Shown in pieces: positions 14,119 through 29,123 of a stretch of 64,000 nt of DNA (its first letter is position 1; each line of letters starts with the position of its first letter). Below the pieces are notes generated by a model. It was given only the letters and a program-made list of their open reading frames with translations, ran no database searches and had not been told where the DNA came from. The DNA is taken from NCBI GenBank assembly GCA_951406725.2, contig OX597840.1:20894001-20958000 (forward strand), written 5' to 3'. The position numbers and the translations under genes are program-made. The stretch is from Octopus vulgaris. Taxonomy: Eukaryota.

Positions 14119-14361
14119 TGCATGTGGCACTCTGTTGGTTACGACGTCGAGGGTTCCGGCTGATACAATCAATGGAACAGCCTGGTCGTGAAATTAACGT
14201 GCAAGTGGCTGAGCGCTCCACAGACACATGTACCCTTAACCCATTAAGTCTGTCCAACCCATGGGAGCTTGTACAAGTGAAAGTTATAAGGTGATGAATA
14301 TGATGCTGACAACAACGATGACGATGCTACAGCTGCTGATAACGATTGTGATGATGATGAC

Positions 14362-14398
<37 letters not shown>

Positions 14399-15629
14399 GG
14401 AAAGTCATCAAAATCACATTATTAAAAAAGGTTGGCAATAACAATGTTAACGAGGGCAATAACTGATACCAAACGACCCTGATGAGTAACATTAGAAACA
14501 GGATATAGGAAAAAAATAATTTCTATTGTTTTTCTTTTGTGATTCTTCATTTTAAGGACTTTCCCATCACAAGACCTTTGAAGAACTTTCCTAGAAAAAG
14601 CCAGGAAATATTGCTGATGAAAATAAAATTTTGCTGTTACTCATATGAAATGGCTCCTTTCATTTTTACCTCCAAAAAGGTCAATAAACTGTTGGCGTCT
14701 CACAGCCTTTTAACTCTTCAACATCCCAATTGCTCTGTCAAACGAAATACTTTTTTATTCACATTGCTTTTTTATTCACATTGCTTTGAATTAATCATGG
14801 ATTATCTCATGGTTTTGAATTAATAGACGCAGGCGTGGCTGTGTGGTAAATAGCTTGCTTACCAACCACATGGTTCTGGGTTCAGTCCCACTGCATGGCA
14901 CCTTGGGCAAGTGTCTTCTACTATAGCCTCGGGCCAACCAAAGCCTTGTGAATGGATTTGGTAGACAGAAACTGAAAGAAGCCTGTGTGTATGTGTGTAT
15001 ATGTTCATGTGTCTGTGTTGTCCCTCCCAACATCGCTTGACAACCGATGCTGGTGTGTTTACATCCCCATAACTTAGCGGTTCGGCTAAAAGGGACTGAT
15101 AGAATAAGTACTAGGCTTACAAAGAATAAGTCCTGGGGTTGATTTGCTTGACTAAAAGGAAGTGCTCCAGCATGGCCACAGTCAAATGACTGAAACAAGT
15201 AAAAGAGTAATCATGGATTATCTCAGGGTTTTGAATTAATCATGGATTATCTCATGACTTTGGTGTCTCAATGATATTATCGTTTACTTTTAGAATGACA
15301 TTGTAGGATAGGTGTAAGAAGCCAGATCTAGCCAGTTTGAACATGAAACAGGTAGGATATTAAGGCCGGATTTGGCCAGTTGCAATGACTCACTCAATAT
15401 CTGTCTTGAGTCTTATCTTGGGTTATTTTTAATTCAAGGTCTCAAAGTTGTAATCTTAAGTAAATATAAGTTTGATAAATTTTGATTAATTATCATGTAA
15501 TTTATTTATTTTAGTGTTTGTTATCTTTTATCATTTATCATTTACATGTTCCAGTCATTGGACTGTGGCTAGGCTGGAGCACACACTGCCCTCAAGAATT
15601 CTTAGTTGAATGGATTGACCCTGGTACTT

Positions 15630-15862
15630 AATGTTGTTGACAGGGCTATTAGAGAAATGAAACAGGCTTGGAAGGACTGGAAGAGCGGAGGTAGCAGGGA
15701 ATTGTATCAGACTGCCAGAAGGGAAGCTAGGAGACAGGTTTATTTAGCCAGAGGGGAAGCAGATAAGAAAAAATTTGCCAATGTTCTGCGCTGTGAGGAC
15801 CAAAGACTTGAGGTATTTTGTGTTGCAAGACAGTGTGTGAGAGAGAATCGTGATGTTGTAGA
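15630..15862 (+). mobile_element. LINE (RTE-like) ORF2 linker fragment
   Basis: VDRAIREMKQAWKDWKSGGSRELYQTARREARRQVYLAR resembles the EN-RT tether region of non-LTR elements. Confidence 0.6.
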
Positions 15863-15945
15863 AGAGTCTTACGGTGAATCATCAGACCCCAAACCTGTTG
15901 GCCAAAGACTTCCATATTTTGAAGAGGTCTTAGGCCAACGGGTTT

Positions 15946-16006
15946 GGGGTCTGACAATACGCTATAAGGCCAAACCCCTTATGGACAGGAAACCCAGGGT
16001 AATCCC
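15946..16006 (+). ncRNA. Hammerhead ribozyme motif, family 2 (G8-to-A variant)
   Basis: GGGGT-CTGACAA-...-GAAA-CCCAGGG-TA-ATCCC; the adjacent inverted arm at 15876-15902 retains CTGATGA. Confidence 0.55.
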
Positions 16007-16475
16007 ATAAACTGGCCTCCTCCTTTATAATATATACATATATACTCTTTTACTTGTTTCAGTCATTTGACTGCAGCCATGCTGGAGCACCGCCTTTAGT
16101 CGAGCAAATCGACCTCGGGACTTATTCTTTGTAAGCCCAGTACTTATTCTATCGGTCTCTTTTTGCCGAACTGCTAAGTGACGGGGACGTAAACACACCA
16201 ACATCGGTTGTCAAGCAATGCTAGGGGAACAAACACAGACACACGAACACATACATATATATACGACAGGCTTCTTTCAGTTTCCATCTACCAAATCCAC
16301 TCACAAAGCATTGGTCGGCCCGGGGCTATAGCAGAAGAAACTTGCTATAGCAGAAGACACTTGCCCAAGATGCCACGCAGAAGACACTTGCCCAAGATGC
16401 CACGCAGTGGGACTGAACCCGGAACCATGTGGTTGGTTAGCAAGCTACTTACCACATAGCCACATAGCTACTTAC

Positions 16476-16525
<50 letters not shown>

Positions 16526-16689
16526 ATGGGCTTCTTTTAGTTTCCGCTTACCAAATCCACTCACAAGGCTTTGGTCAGCCCAAGGCTATAGTAGAAGACA
16601 CTTGCCTAAGGTGCCATGCAGTGGGACTGAACCTGGGACCATGCGGTTAGGGAGCAAGTTTCTTACCACACAGCCACACATTGTATGTA

Positions 16690-16851
<162 letters not shown>

Positions 16852-17017
16852 TGCAGGTGTGGCTGTGTGGTAAGAAGCTTGCTTCCCAACCACTTGGGTG
16901 CATGTTCAGTCCCACAGCATGGGACCTTGAGAAAATGTCTTCTACGATAGCATCAGGCTGACCAAAGTGTTGAGAATGGATTTGGTTGACAGAAAACTGA
17001 AAGAAGCCCATCGTGTG

Positions 17018-17070
<53 letters not shown>

Positions 17071-17573
17071 ATCTTTGTTTCTGTGTTTGTCCCTACGATC
17101 GCTTGACAACCAGTGTTGATGTGTGTAGATCCCCATAACTTAGCGGTTCAGCAAAAGAGACCGATAGAGTAAGTGTAGGCTTTAAAAAATGTCTTGAGGT
17201 AAAATATAAAAGATATGTATGTATGTGTGTAAATATGTATGTGTATTTAATTATGTATGTATGTGTATATAAGTATGCGTACATAAGTTAATTGATAACT
17301 ACATCGTTATTCACTTTCTTTTTGCTTTCGTAAAGATCCGTAAAGATCCGGCTGAACTTCTAAGAAAAACCACAAACAGAAAACAAAAACATCACAAAAA
17401 AAAAATTCCAGAACTAACCACTACCGAAATATGATCGTAGGAAGGTCAGCAACTTGACATGACACAGGTCTTCGTAAATCACAGAGATAACAGCCAAAAT
17501 GGATTGGGTTACAGCAAAAATACAAACAAACAAACAAGCGTGTCATTAAGAACATTACAACAAACGGCTTAAA

Positions 17574-17963
17574 TCTCTATTTTTAAAGCTGAAGTTGTCT
17601 GTGTGTGGCAGGTTTGGTAGCCTTCAACTAACACTATTTCTTCCAAGACCCTGAGGCGCAAGTTGACCAAAATTGAGAGTATGATAGAAGAAGGCTTGTT
17701 CTTCATTCCGTAGAAGAAAAATTTCAAATTGGACCATGTTAACACCAAAAATTATTTACATCAAAAAGATGCTTTTTTTCTATGAAAATCTTTATTTTTT
17801 ACGATTTTTTGACTGCTGTGTCACCATTTTTTGGTGTATTTCAACCGGGAAAATGTTCACTTAAAGAGAATAACAAGCTACATAATGCAGAATTTTTACT
17901 TTTCAAAAATTCCAATTCTAAAGGGTCAAAACAAACCTGAGCAACGCCGGGTGATTCTGCTAG
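17574..17963 (+). mobile_element. Non-autonomous Helitron
   Basis: 5' TC, 3' CTAG with GC-rich subterminal GAGCAACGCCGGG; inserted between A and T with no TSD; empty site visible in the inverted paralog at ~12810-12825. Confidence 0.85.
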
Positions 17964-18034
17964 TAGGAGAAATATTTAAACAGCTTCTCAGAATTGCATG
18001 CGTAAATATATGTGTATACACTTGTATGTGTGTG

Positions 18035-19420
18035 TATGATGGCAAACTTGAAGATAGTTTCAGCCACATAGAAGAGGTATTGGCAAACCTAGATCAGCAC
18101 ATCAATATATTTCTGGGCGACTTCAACCTCACAAATGGTCGGAAGGCCACATCCTCTCAGGGATGTCCCTGCACAAACGAATGCACACAGAGCCATTACT
18201 GGAACTCTCTAATACGCTGTTCATAGAACAAGTGATCTTCATGCCAACCAGGAATTATTGTATACAATGCTCAGGTGCACCACAACTTGTCAAAAGTGCA
18301 TATAAAGCATATGCAGTAATGTACAAATGTCTGGGAAGTGAACAGTGTATGAGTCAGATACATGCTTGTGTGTGTATGGAGGGGAGGAGAAAATCAGGTG
18401 TAGTGTTGGTGAATCTCAGGAAGCATGGAAGTTTGGAAGGATGCAGTGCTCCGACAACTAACAACCGATGCCGGCAGTTTGTTCCATGCTTCAGCAACTC
18501 TTAGAATGAAGAAATGTTTCCGAAAGTCATGGGAGCTGTGCTGTTTTCTGACTTTGTAAACATCTTAGAACTCTGCTTCACAAATAATGTGGACCTTATC
18601 CATAATGTGAATGTGACGCCAACAGCACTCTCAGACCATAACATTGTAGAACTTAGTATGTATGGTCGTAATTAACGGCTGGTATCAGGAATACTCAAGC
18701 CATAATCCAACCTGGTTTTCAATGAATCAAAATGGGAATTAATCCACAAAGAAACGAAACTGGTCCCACGTCTGATGTATAGAGGACATCGGCTTGAAAC
18801 TGAGTCAACAGTTTGTGTCAACAGGGCAACTGTAGGCACTAAATTACACCCTGGAAAGAAGGGCCAGCAGACTGACAAATAAGGTTCCCAGGGACAGAAA
18901 AATCCTTATGAGACGCAGATCAAAGGTCTGAAACTGGTTGAATAGACGATTGAAGAATAGGGAGACGGCTATTTTAATAGGGACACTCCCAGAAATCAAA
19001 AGCAAAATCAAACTCTTTCATGAAAAGGAAAAAACAGAGGGAGAGAGAGGGGGGGAGAGAGAAAGAGAGAGGTGGAAAGAAAGAGAGAGGGAGAGAGAAA
19101 GAGAGAGAGGGAGAGAGAAAGAGAGGGAGAGGGGGAGAGAACAGAGCTGTGGAAAGCATAAAAAGAAACCCTAAAGCTTTCTATAAATTCACAAAGGAAA
19201 CCGTCACAATTCAATTTAAAATGGGATTATTGTTGGAAGGGAATGGCTCACAGACCAGAGACCCAGGGAGGATCAGTGAGGTATTCAATGAAGGGTTTAA
19301 AAGTATCTTCACTTCTCCCCTGGGACTCATGCGGATAAAAAAAAACCCAGCTGAATACTTTAACATTGCACCCTTACAAAAGAAGGTGATGTCTTATTCT
19401 GCACTGATCCATCATTCCTG
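18035..19420 (+). mobile_element. Degenerate CR1-like LINE (endonuclease and tether), interrupted
   Basis: IFLGDFNL; ILELCFTNN...SDHNIVEL; AVESIKRNPKAFYKF; broken by an antisense LINE 3' piece (~18255-18560) and a (GA)n tract. Confidence 0.75.
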
Positions 19421-20503
19421 ATTCCGATCCTCACAGAACTTTGGTAAACTTTATTCTGTCAGCTTCTCTCCTTGCTTTGAGTAAAAACAGGACACAACGA
19501 CAGACGTGTGACACCAGCAAAGTGAATCATTTTGTGTGCCTCACATGGCTTAGTGGTTAGAGCGTTCGGCTCACAATCGTAAGGTTGTGAGTTCAATTCT
19601 CAGTGGTCCATTGTGACCTTGATGATGATGATGATGATGGTGATAATGATGATGACAATGATGAAGATGATGATGACAATGATGATAATGATGATGTGAT
19701 GATGATGACGACGACGACGACAATGATGATGACAATGATGATGTTGATGATGATGATGATGGTGATGATGATGGTGATGTCCTTGCCCTAAGTCCATATT
19801 GACCTGTGGCTTACAGCAGGTTGTCTCCCAGGAATTCCACCTTGTCCTCTCTATCTTTATCTTCTCCTATTTCTCGCCATATTCCATGCCTAGCACTTCC
19901 TTGAACTCATATCAAGTCCACAGATTATCATCCGGCTTCAGATATCTCTCTTCATGAGATTGTCTCAGGTTCCACCAAATCACCAGGTCCTGCTTTTGTT
20001 TTCTGGCTCGTTATCTCTGGTTCGTTTAATTGCCAGTCTAGGCCGAGTGCTACATTCTCCACAGAGGAAGGGCAAAAGTTATTTACAAACTGTTGCCTGT
20101 TCAATTTCCTGAAAACAATCAAGTTTGTATCACCAGGAAAGGGGATTGCACATAAAAGAGGAAATGGGACCAGCAACTGTTTAGGAACACAACATCCTTC
20201 CCCTACAAAGAATTTAACACTTTACATATATATATATATAGTCACAGCTGTGCCTATATATATATATATATATATATATTGTTTTTGGATTTGGATTTGC
20301 TGTAAATTACGGACAGAGTCATAACTATTGAAAAGGTTGCAAGATGCAACGAAAATTTTAGGACAATAAAAATAAGAAAAAAGTGGAAATTTTACTGGTG
20401 AGTGTGTTACATAATAAGGCACAAAAAGAGAATGACTCTCCCCAGACACAACAGTATATATATATATATATATATATATATGTAAGTATATGTATATGTA
20501 TAT

Positions 20504-20548
<45 letters not shown>

Positions 20549-20678
20549 CTTACATATATATATATATATATATACTGTTGTGTCTGGGGAGAGTCATTCT
20601 CTTTTTGTGCCTTATTATGTAACACACTCACCAGTAAAATTTCCACTTTTTTCTTATATATATATATATATATATGTT

Positions 20679-20790
<112 letters not shown>

Positions 20791-21385
20791 CAGGGTGTCC
20801 CAAAATTAAGGCAACCAACTTTTTCAATTTTTCTAGAGCAAAATATTGTTATATTTTGGGATCTGAGTGTTGCAATGCAATGCTAAAGGAAACCCAATTA
20901 TGACACAACCACATTTATTCAATATGACAACCACCTGTGCTTCAAATCACACCTTTAATCACAGCTATTCAGTTTTGCCTTCCGAGCATCAAGCGAAGCA
21001 TGAGAAGTGCTCAAGACCTTCATCTCCAAAGTGGACCAAAGAGAAAAATCCAACGGGTTGATATTGGGTCTTCTTCAGGGCCATACATCCTTGCCTATGA
21101 ACGATGGAATGTTTTTCTGGATCCAATGTGTTTGTTTGGAGCTGTGGGACGGTGCCGAGTCCTGCTGGAGGCTTTAGTGAGTGCCTTGAAAGTGGTCATT
21201 TACCCAAGAACGAAGGGAGACCTTCCGGTGACTGTCACAGCTACCCAAACCATAGCTGTGGATTTTTATGTTGATTTATGAGTCTACCCTTGATGGAGCC
21301 AAATACACCCTAAAGTCAACCATCCTGGGTGGTTCACTGTCTCATCAATGTCAGATTTCTTTTCATCAGTGAACACTAGATTGGT
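20791..21385 (-). mobile_element. Tc1/mariner superfamily fossil, maT (DD37D-like)
   Basis: LVFTDEK; LQQDSAPSH...WP*RRPNINPLDFSLWS (36 residues between the Ds here, probably one codon lost); TIR CAGGGTGTCCCAAAA after TA at 20789. Confidence 0.75.
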
Positions 21386-21537
21386 TCCACCGAAGTTGAC
21401 TTTACCTTTCACCCTTTTGGGGTCAATAAATTAAGTACCAGTGAAACACTAAGGTCAATGTAACTGACTGGTCTCCTCCTCACAAATGTAAGGCCTTGTG
21501 CCTATAGTAGAAAGGATTATTATTATTATTATTATTG

Positions 21538-22082
21538 AGTGAGAGAGCAGTGTATGCCATCAAAGTGACACCGGGGTACAAATATATGAAGCCCAGTAGA
21601 CCCATCATGACTGCCTGTGTGATAGAGGTATACCAGGCATATGCATCACAACCATATGTGCATCACATGGTAAAGGTAAACAGCACATGACCTTGCAGGT
21701 GGCGCCCAGTTAGAATTTTCTTCTGGTCGAGTAGCCTACCCCACTCAAAAGGTCCCTGAATAAGATTTGTTTTAAGGATGTTGAACAAAACACCCATGTT
21801 GCCAAAGGTGAATTATTCAAACCCCAAAGAATCCCTCTCAACACATGGCTATGATGCTCCCCCACTACTTCTGCTCATGATCAGAGATGCACATATCATC
21901 AGCCACCAAGGGACATGCTCAACTGGTTAAGGTCAAACAACTGACAAGCAAATCTGTGGTATTGAGCAGAATATTTGCTGTAGCCCATCTTTTATACCAA
22001 GACAAAACAATGTACATGATAACACTTCCAATTAGTTAAGATCAGAAGCTATGAGAGCCACTGCCTGGTACTGCATCAGGGC
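21538..22082. mobile_element. Interspersed repeat flanked by (TTA)n
   Basis: Non-coding block bounded by TTA microsatellites; retroposon-like, family not resolved. Confidence 0.45.
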
Positions 22083-22134
<52 letters not shown>

Positions 22135-22739
22135 TATTTCGATGCAGTATCACTTTTATTTTCAAAAGATTTTCGTTGGCACAATATTACTGGAATTGTC
22201 TACTTGATTTATTATGGTGCATAGAATTTTAGAACACTCCCTGAGAGAGAATTTGTTTACCAATTGCATAAAAATGTCAGCTGATCAAATCTTTTCAATC
22301 TTGTATATTATAAATGCCACACCTGACCAGGTGAAAACACAGCTCTGTCATACAGTGTGTGTGTGTGTTGATATATTTATATTGGTTTATACTTATGCAT
22401 ACACAAAGTCACAGACACACACACACATATATACATGTATGTAGACACAATTATATATTTCTATATGTATGTTTTTATATTTATATGTGTGTGTGTAAAT
22501 ATATATATATATATATCTATATACACACACACACACACATACATACATATAGATATATACACACACATACATACATATATATACACACATACATACATAC
22601 ATATATATACACACATACATATATACACACATACATACATATATACACACACACATGCATACATATATACACACACATGCATACACACACATACATACAT
22701 ACACACACACACATACACATATATATATATAAATACACA

Positions 22740-23232
22740 TGTCAAGCTGAGTAAAAAGTAAGCAACATTTTGAAACATGAAATTCATCACAATATATTTC
22801 AACAATACAGAAATTTTATTCATTAAAAGAAAGCACCATTACACTCACCATATTTTTGCCAACGAGTTACGAGTTTGGTTTATTCCGGTGACATAAAAAT
22901 CTGGAATTCTGGATCTGATGAACTCTTTCAAAGCACTTTCAGCATCGGTTTGATTTTTTGACCTCCTTCTCTCGCAGGAAACCATCAAAGTGCCTGACAA
23001 AGTGGTAATCAGTAGGAGAAAGGTCTGCAGAATAAACTGGCAGGGGAAGAACTTCGTAGCCAAGTTCCCTCAAATTCTGGAGCGTCATTAGTGAAACGTG
23101 TGGTCGAGTGAAGAATGAATGGCCATCTTCTTTTGACTAGTTTGGGAAGGAAGAATAGCAGTTTTCCAACCATTTTGGCAATTACATGACAATATGTTTC
23201 TGCAGTAATGGCTTTTCTGGGTTTTAAGTTAT
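22740..23232 (-). mobile_element. mariner (DD34D) transposase fossil, C-terminal part
   Basis: Frameshifted ITAETYC...LPKLVKRRWPFILH and KNQTDAESALKEFIRSRIPDFYVTGIN, matching mariner transposase C-termini. Confidence 0.8.
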
Positions 23233-23237
23233 AGTGG

Positions 23238-23269
<32 letters not shown>

Positions 23270-24102
23270 TTCTTTACTGCCCACAAGGGGCTAAACACAG
23301 AGGGGACAAACAAGGACAGACAAACGGATTAAGTCGATTATATCGACCCCAGTGCGTAACTGGTACTTAATTTATCGACCCCGAAAGGATGAAAGGCAAA
23401 GTTGACCTCGGCGGAGTTTGAACTCAGAACGTAGCGGCAGACAAAATACCGCTCAGCCGTTCGCCCGGCGCGCTAACGTGTCTGCCAGCTCGCCGCCTTA
23501 GCAAAGCAAGCTGTCCTGTAAGCCATGAACTGTGCTAACCTTTGGATCATAAGGTGACCTGCTGTGCTTGAAGAGACCTACTGAGTCAAGTACATCAATA
23601 TCAAAATAAAAATCAAATGGACTTTGTAGCTGTGATACCTGTGCTGGTGGCACGTTGGGCCTCACAGAGGAAATGACAAAAGACCGAGACTTCTGAGATA
23701 TGCTGTGACTTCGAAGACCTGACAAATGAAGTGAGTCCATGGGTCGCAGGATGGCCTGCTGTGCTAACCTTGGATCGTAGGGCAATCAACATCAAAATAA
23801 CAATCAAATGGAAATTGTAGTTGTGATACCTGTGCCGGTGGCACGTAAAAAGCACCAACTGATCGAGGCCGCTTGCCAGCCCCCTCTGGCCCCTGTGCCG
23901 GTGGCACATAAAAAGCACCCACTACACTCACGGAGTGGTTGGCGTCAGGAAGGGCATCCAGATGTAGAAACACTGCCAGATCAGACTGGAGCCTGGTGCA
24001 GCCTTCTGGCTTCCCAGACCCCCCCCCCGGTCGAACCGTTCAACCCATGCTAGCATGGAGAACGGACGTTAAATGATGATGATGATATGTGTGTGTGTGT
24101 AT

Positions 24103-24136
<34 letters not shown>

Positions 24137-24793
24137 TGTGTGTGTGCTAACAACAATCCTGTTTCTATTTTGAAACATCGAAACAAAACAAGCACGTAAA
24201 TATCCTGTTTTGTTATTGGGGTATAAAAGACCACCTTGCTCCCGGATGTAACCCACACCCCAACCACCGCACACACCCCACACACATACAGACACACACA
24301 CGCTCACAGATACATTAACCCAAAAGAATCTTCGGTATATACCCAGACGCAAAAACTCTTAGCTATAGAAACACACACAGATATGTCTATACATGTATAC
24401 ACACACGCACACACACAAGTACATACGGGTACACACATCTAGATACAGTTTGTCTAAGTACTGCCGTATTTTGAAGCTGTTGGTTGTGGTGGTGGTGGTG
24501 TTGGTGGTGGTTAAAGGGAGTGAGAGGGGTACAAGCGGTGACGGTGGTGGTGGTGTGTTTGTGACAGCAGTAGTGGCGGTGCCAGTGGTGGTGGTGGTGG
24601 TAGTTTGTGATAGATGTAAATGTTTTGTTGTTTGTGGTAGGGTTGGTGGTGATGTTGATGTAAGGAGAGATAATGCTAACGGTGGTGGCGGCGGCGGCGG
24701 TGATTGTGGTAGTGGTAGCAGCACCGTTATTCACTCTCTCTCTCTTTCTCTCTCTCTGTGTATATATGTGTGTGTGTGTGTGTGTGTGTTGTG

Positions 24794-24800
24794 TATATAA
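24794..24800 (+). promoter_or_regulatory. Putative TATA box of the tandem-SOUL gene
   Basis: TATATAAG ~85 bp upstream of a consensus donor CTG|GTAAGT (24883); abuts a TG microsatellite, so could be coincidental. Confidence 0.35.
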
Positions 24801-24824
24801 GCTGAGAAACTGGAGACTTAATCT

Positions 24825-24882
24825 AAATTCCAATTTGGTGTCGAGCAGTCACTGGCTGTCGATTTTCTGTTCTCCTCCTCTG
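24825..24882 (+). other. Putative non-coding exon 1 of the tandem-SOUL gene
   Basis: Unique sequence between TATA and a GTAAGT donor; the exon at 29556 begins with an acceptor upstream of the ATG, implying an upstream UTR exon; start approximate. Confidence 0.4.
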
Positions 24883-25705
24883 GTAAGTGAATATATTTTT
24901 CTCTTCAGGCCATCACCACCAACCAACAATTCCTGTCTCCTAAACCCTCTTCACTCATCAAAGCCACGCAGTGCAAGGACCGTTTTTTCACTCGTGTAAA
25001 ACCCGCATTATTACATAATATATTTTGACTGGAAAAATGCTGGGGTTTATACATGGGACGAAGCTAAAACTAGGAAGTCGGGGGAAAGATTTTGTACGAA
25101 GTTTTAACAGGAAATTCGGGTGAAGTTCTCATCCATGAGTAAATATGGTGTGTCTTTCTTATTCTTCGTCATTTCTCTTGTCTCAGTCATCGGACTGCAG
25201 CCGTGCGGTGTTCGATTTCGTTTCAAAGCCTGCGATTTATTTTCGCGGTCGCTTTTGCAGAAGTTTCCAAGTTATGAAGGTGTAAACACAGCAACCCCAG
25301 ATGTCAAACGGTGGCCGGGAGACGAGCAAAAGCGCAAGGACTCGCACACAGACTTTCTCTCATTTTCTTTTACGTGTCGCAGACATAGGATTGCGGCCAT
25401 GCTGGGGCACCACTGCCTTGGAGAGTTTTTAGTCGAATGAATCGCCCCAATAACTTTTTTTAATTTTTTAAGCCTCCTACTTATTCTCTCAGCTAAATTA
25501 CGGGACTTAAACACACAAGCACTGGTTGTCAAGCGAAGAAATACACACCCATATCTAAGTTCTAGAACATAAATCATCATTTAACGTCCATTGTCCGTGC
25601 TGGCATGGGTTGGACGATTTGACCAGGGTGGTAAGCTAGAAGGCTGTACCAGACCCCAGTCTGATTTTAAGTATATAATACCAAAATGAGAATAGGCCGG
25701 TCTAT

Positions 25706-25771
25706 GGCATTACTTTTTGGGTTTCATGTGTCCATAAAGCGCTTGGCTTTATGATGTGTCATCAGATCCCC
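25706..25771 (-). ncRNA. Hammerhead ribozyme motif, family 2
   Basis: Minus strand GGGGAT-CTGATGA-CACAT-CATAAAGC/GCTTTATG hairpin-GACACAT-GAAA-CCCAAAAAG-TA-ATGCC; partial inverted copy at 25811-25841. Confidence 0.55.
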
Positions 25772-25884
25772 AAATCTGTTGGTTTAAGGCCTCAAGCCGT
25801 AGAGCTATGCGCTTTGTGGATGTGAAACCAAAGGTTATCCCATGGATATATGGAGATTATATATATATATATATACGTGCATAT

Positions 25885-25948
<64 letters not shown>

Positions 25949-26006
25949 ATATATATACACATAGATCTGTTTTATATATATATGTATATATACACATGGA
26001 TCTATC

Positions 26007-26139
<133 letters not shown>

Positions 26140-26140
26140 C

Positions 26141-26216
<76 letters not shown>

Positions 26217-28044
26217 CTATATATATATAAGAGTTAGAACAGGCCAGTTTATGGGATTGGCTAAACTTCGAGTTGTCAAAAAACAATGCACGTGGTATTT
26301 GTTTATGTTTCTGAAGAAGGTCATCGCTTTCCGTAAAAATTTTGTGTTTTTTTTAATATATGTGAGTTGGGGGGGGGGGGAAGGGGATCTTTTGAAGTCG
26401 ACATAAAAGTGAAAGAGAGAGAGAGAGAGAGAGAGAGAGCAATGGTGCTGGTGTGTGTGTGAGAGGGATTATGTATGTATTTATATATATATATGTATGT
26501 ATACATAGATGTATGTATAAAGGTTGCAAGACGCAACGAAATTTTTAGAAAGGAAAAGGAAATAAGTGGGAATTTTACCGGTGAGTGCGTTAAATTATGA
26601 GGCCCTAAAAGAGAACGATTCTCCCCAGACACAACCGTATATATATATGTGATTCTTTCATTAATCAATTACTATGAGCCCTGTGCATAACTGGTACTTA
26701 ATCTGTTGATACTGAAAGGGTGAAAAGTGAAGCTGACCTCAGCAGCATTTGAACTCTGAACATAGACAAGAACAAAATGGCACTAAACATTGGTCTGGCA
26801 CGTAACAAATATTGCTACAAGGGTACCAATTTTGGAGAAGGGGATGTGTCGATTACATCGACCCCAGAACTCAACTGGAACTTATTTTATCGACCCCGAA
26901 ACGATGAAAGGCAAAGTCGACCTTGGCGGAATTTGAACTCAGAACGTAGCGACAGACGAAATACCTATTTCTTTACTACCCACAAGGGGCTACACACAGA
27001 GGGGACAAACAAGGACAGACAAATGGATTAAGTCGATTATATCGACCCCAGTGCGTAACTGGTACTTAATTTATCGACCCCGAAAGGATGAAAGGCAAAG
27101 TCGACCTCGGTGGAATTTGAACTCAGAACGTAGCAGCAAACGAAATACCTATTTCTTTATTACCCACAAGGGGCTAAACACAGAGGGGATAAACAAGGAC
27201 AGACAAACGGATTGAGTCGATTATATCGACCCCAGTGCGTAACTGGTACTTATTTAATCGACCCCAAAAGGATGAAAGGCAAAGTCGACCTCGGCGGAAT
27301 TTGAACTCAGAACGTAAAGGCAGACGAAATATCACTAAGCATCTCACCCGGTGTGCTAACGTTTCTGCCAGCTGGTCACCTTAATGGCAACAATAATAAT
27401 AATCCTGTCTCTTATAGGCACAAGCTCTGAAATTTTGTGGGTTGGGGTTGATTAAATTGATTCCAATACTAAACCGGTCCCTGTTTAACTGACCCCTAAA
27501 GGATGAAAGACCAAATTTGAATTCAGAACAGAAACAATCGAAAGAGACCAATGAAATAAGTAGCAGGCTTGAATAGAAGGTAGTGCCCCAGCATGGCCAC
27601 AGTCCAATGACTGAAACAAGCAATAGATGAAAGAAAAGACAATGGCAGAATTATAGACGCTCTGAACAAAAGCATTCCATCCATGACCACCCCTCTGTTA
27701 AGGAGTATCTAGGACTATATTATGTAAAGCATTCGACTTTTAACCTTTACAATGATGAAGGTTTGATGGAGTTGAGCTGTTATTTCTAGCAGGTTAACTG
27801 ACCTATTAGAGGCTCCATCTTTGCCCTGTGTGAGGTCTTATAGTTGTTGTTGTTTAGCCTGTTATCAAAAACAGTCCACCCATGCCCATCCTGAATCTAT
27901 TTTCCCACAATATATCTAAGAGTACATTATTCAAAGTGTCCTTCATTATTTTCCCTTTCAGATGACAAGATGTGGTTTGGTGGGAATTTTGTTTCTATTT
28001 TTAGCAGGTCAAGTAATAACTTGAATGCTTCACTTTGTTTCACG

Positions 28045-28718
<674 letters not shown>

Positions 28719-29043
28719 TAAGGGTAGAAATTGATATTAATCAATTAAAACCAGTGGCTTAGCATATTAAAAAAATCCGAAGATTAAAATATTTTTTACA
28801 TACAAAATTTAAAGTACTGACCACTAAAAGTGGACGGTCAATATGCTAGATATAGATGTCAAAATCGCTATTTTCCACAAAGAATGTGTTCTCAAATAAA
28901 AAAACTCAGCACAAACCAAAGCATTAAAACATTAAAGCATTATTTGAGAGCATATTCTTTGTGGAAAATAGCGATTTTGATGTCTATATCTAGCATGTTG
29001 ACTGTCCACTTTTAGCGGTCAGTCCTTTAAATTTTGTATGTAA

Positions 29044-29123
<80 letters not shown>

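Noticed and set aside
14477-14510. CTGATGAG...GAAAC hammerhead-like core
   Set aside because: Stems II and III do not pair convincingly and no related copy supports it
22845-23063. ORF resembling a signal peptide followed by a GTGAGT donor
   Set aside because: It is a frameshifted mariner transposase C-terminus; the hydrophobic start is an off-frame reading
26850-27380. Regular direct repeats resembling a CRISPR-like array
   Set aside because: Eukaryotic SINE tandem units with no unique spacers
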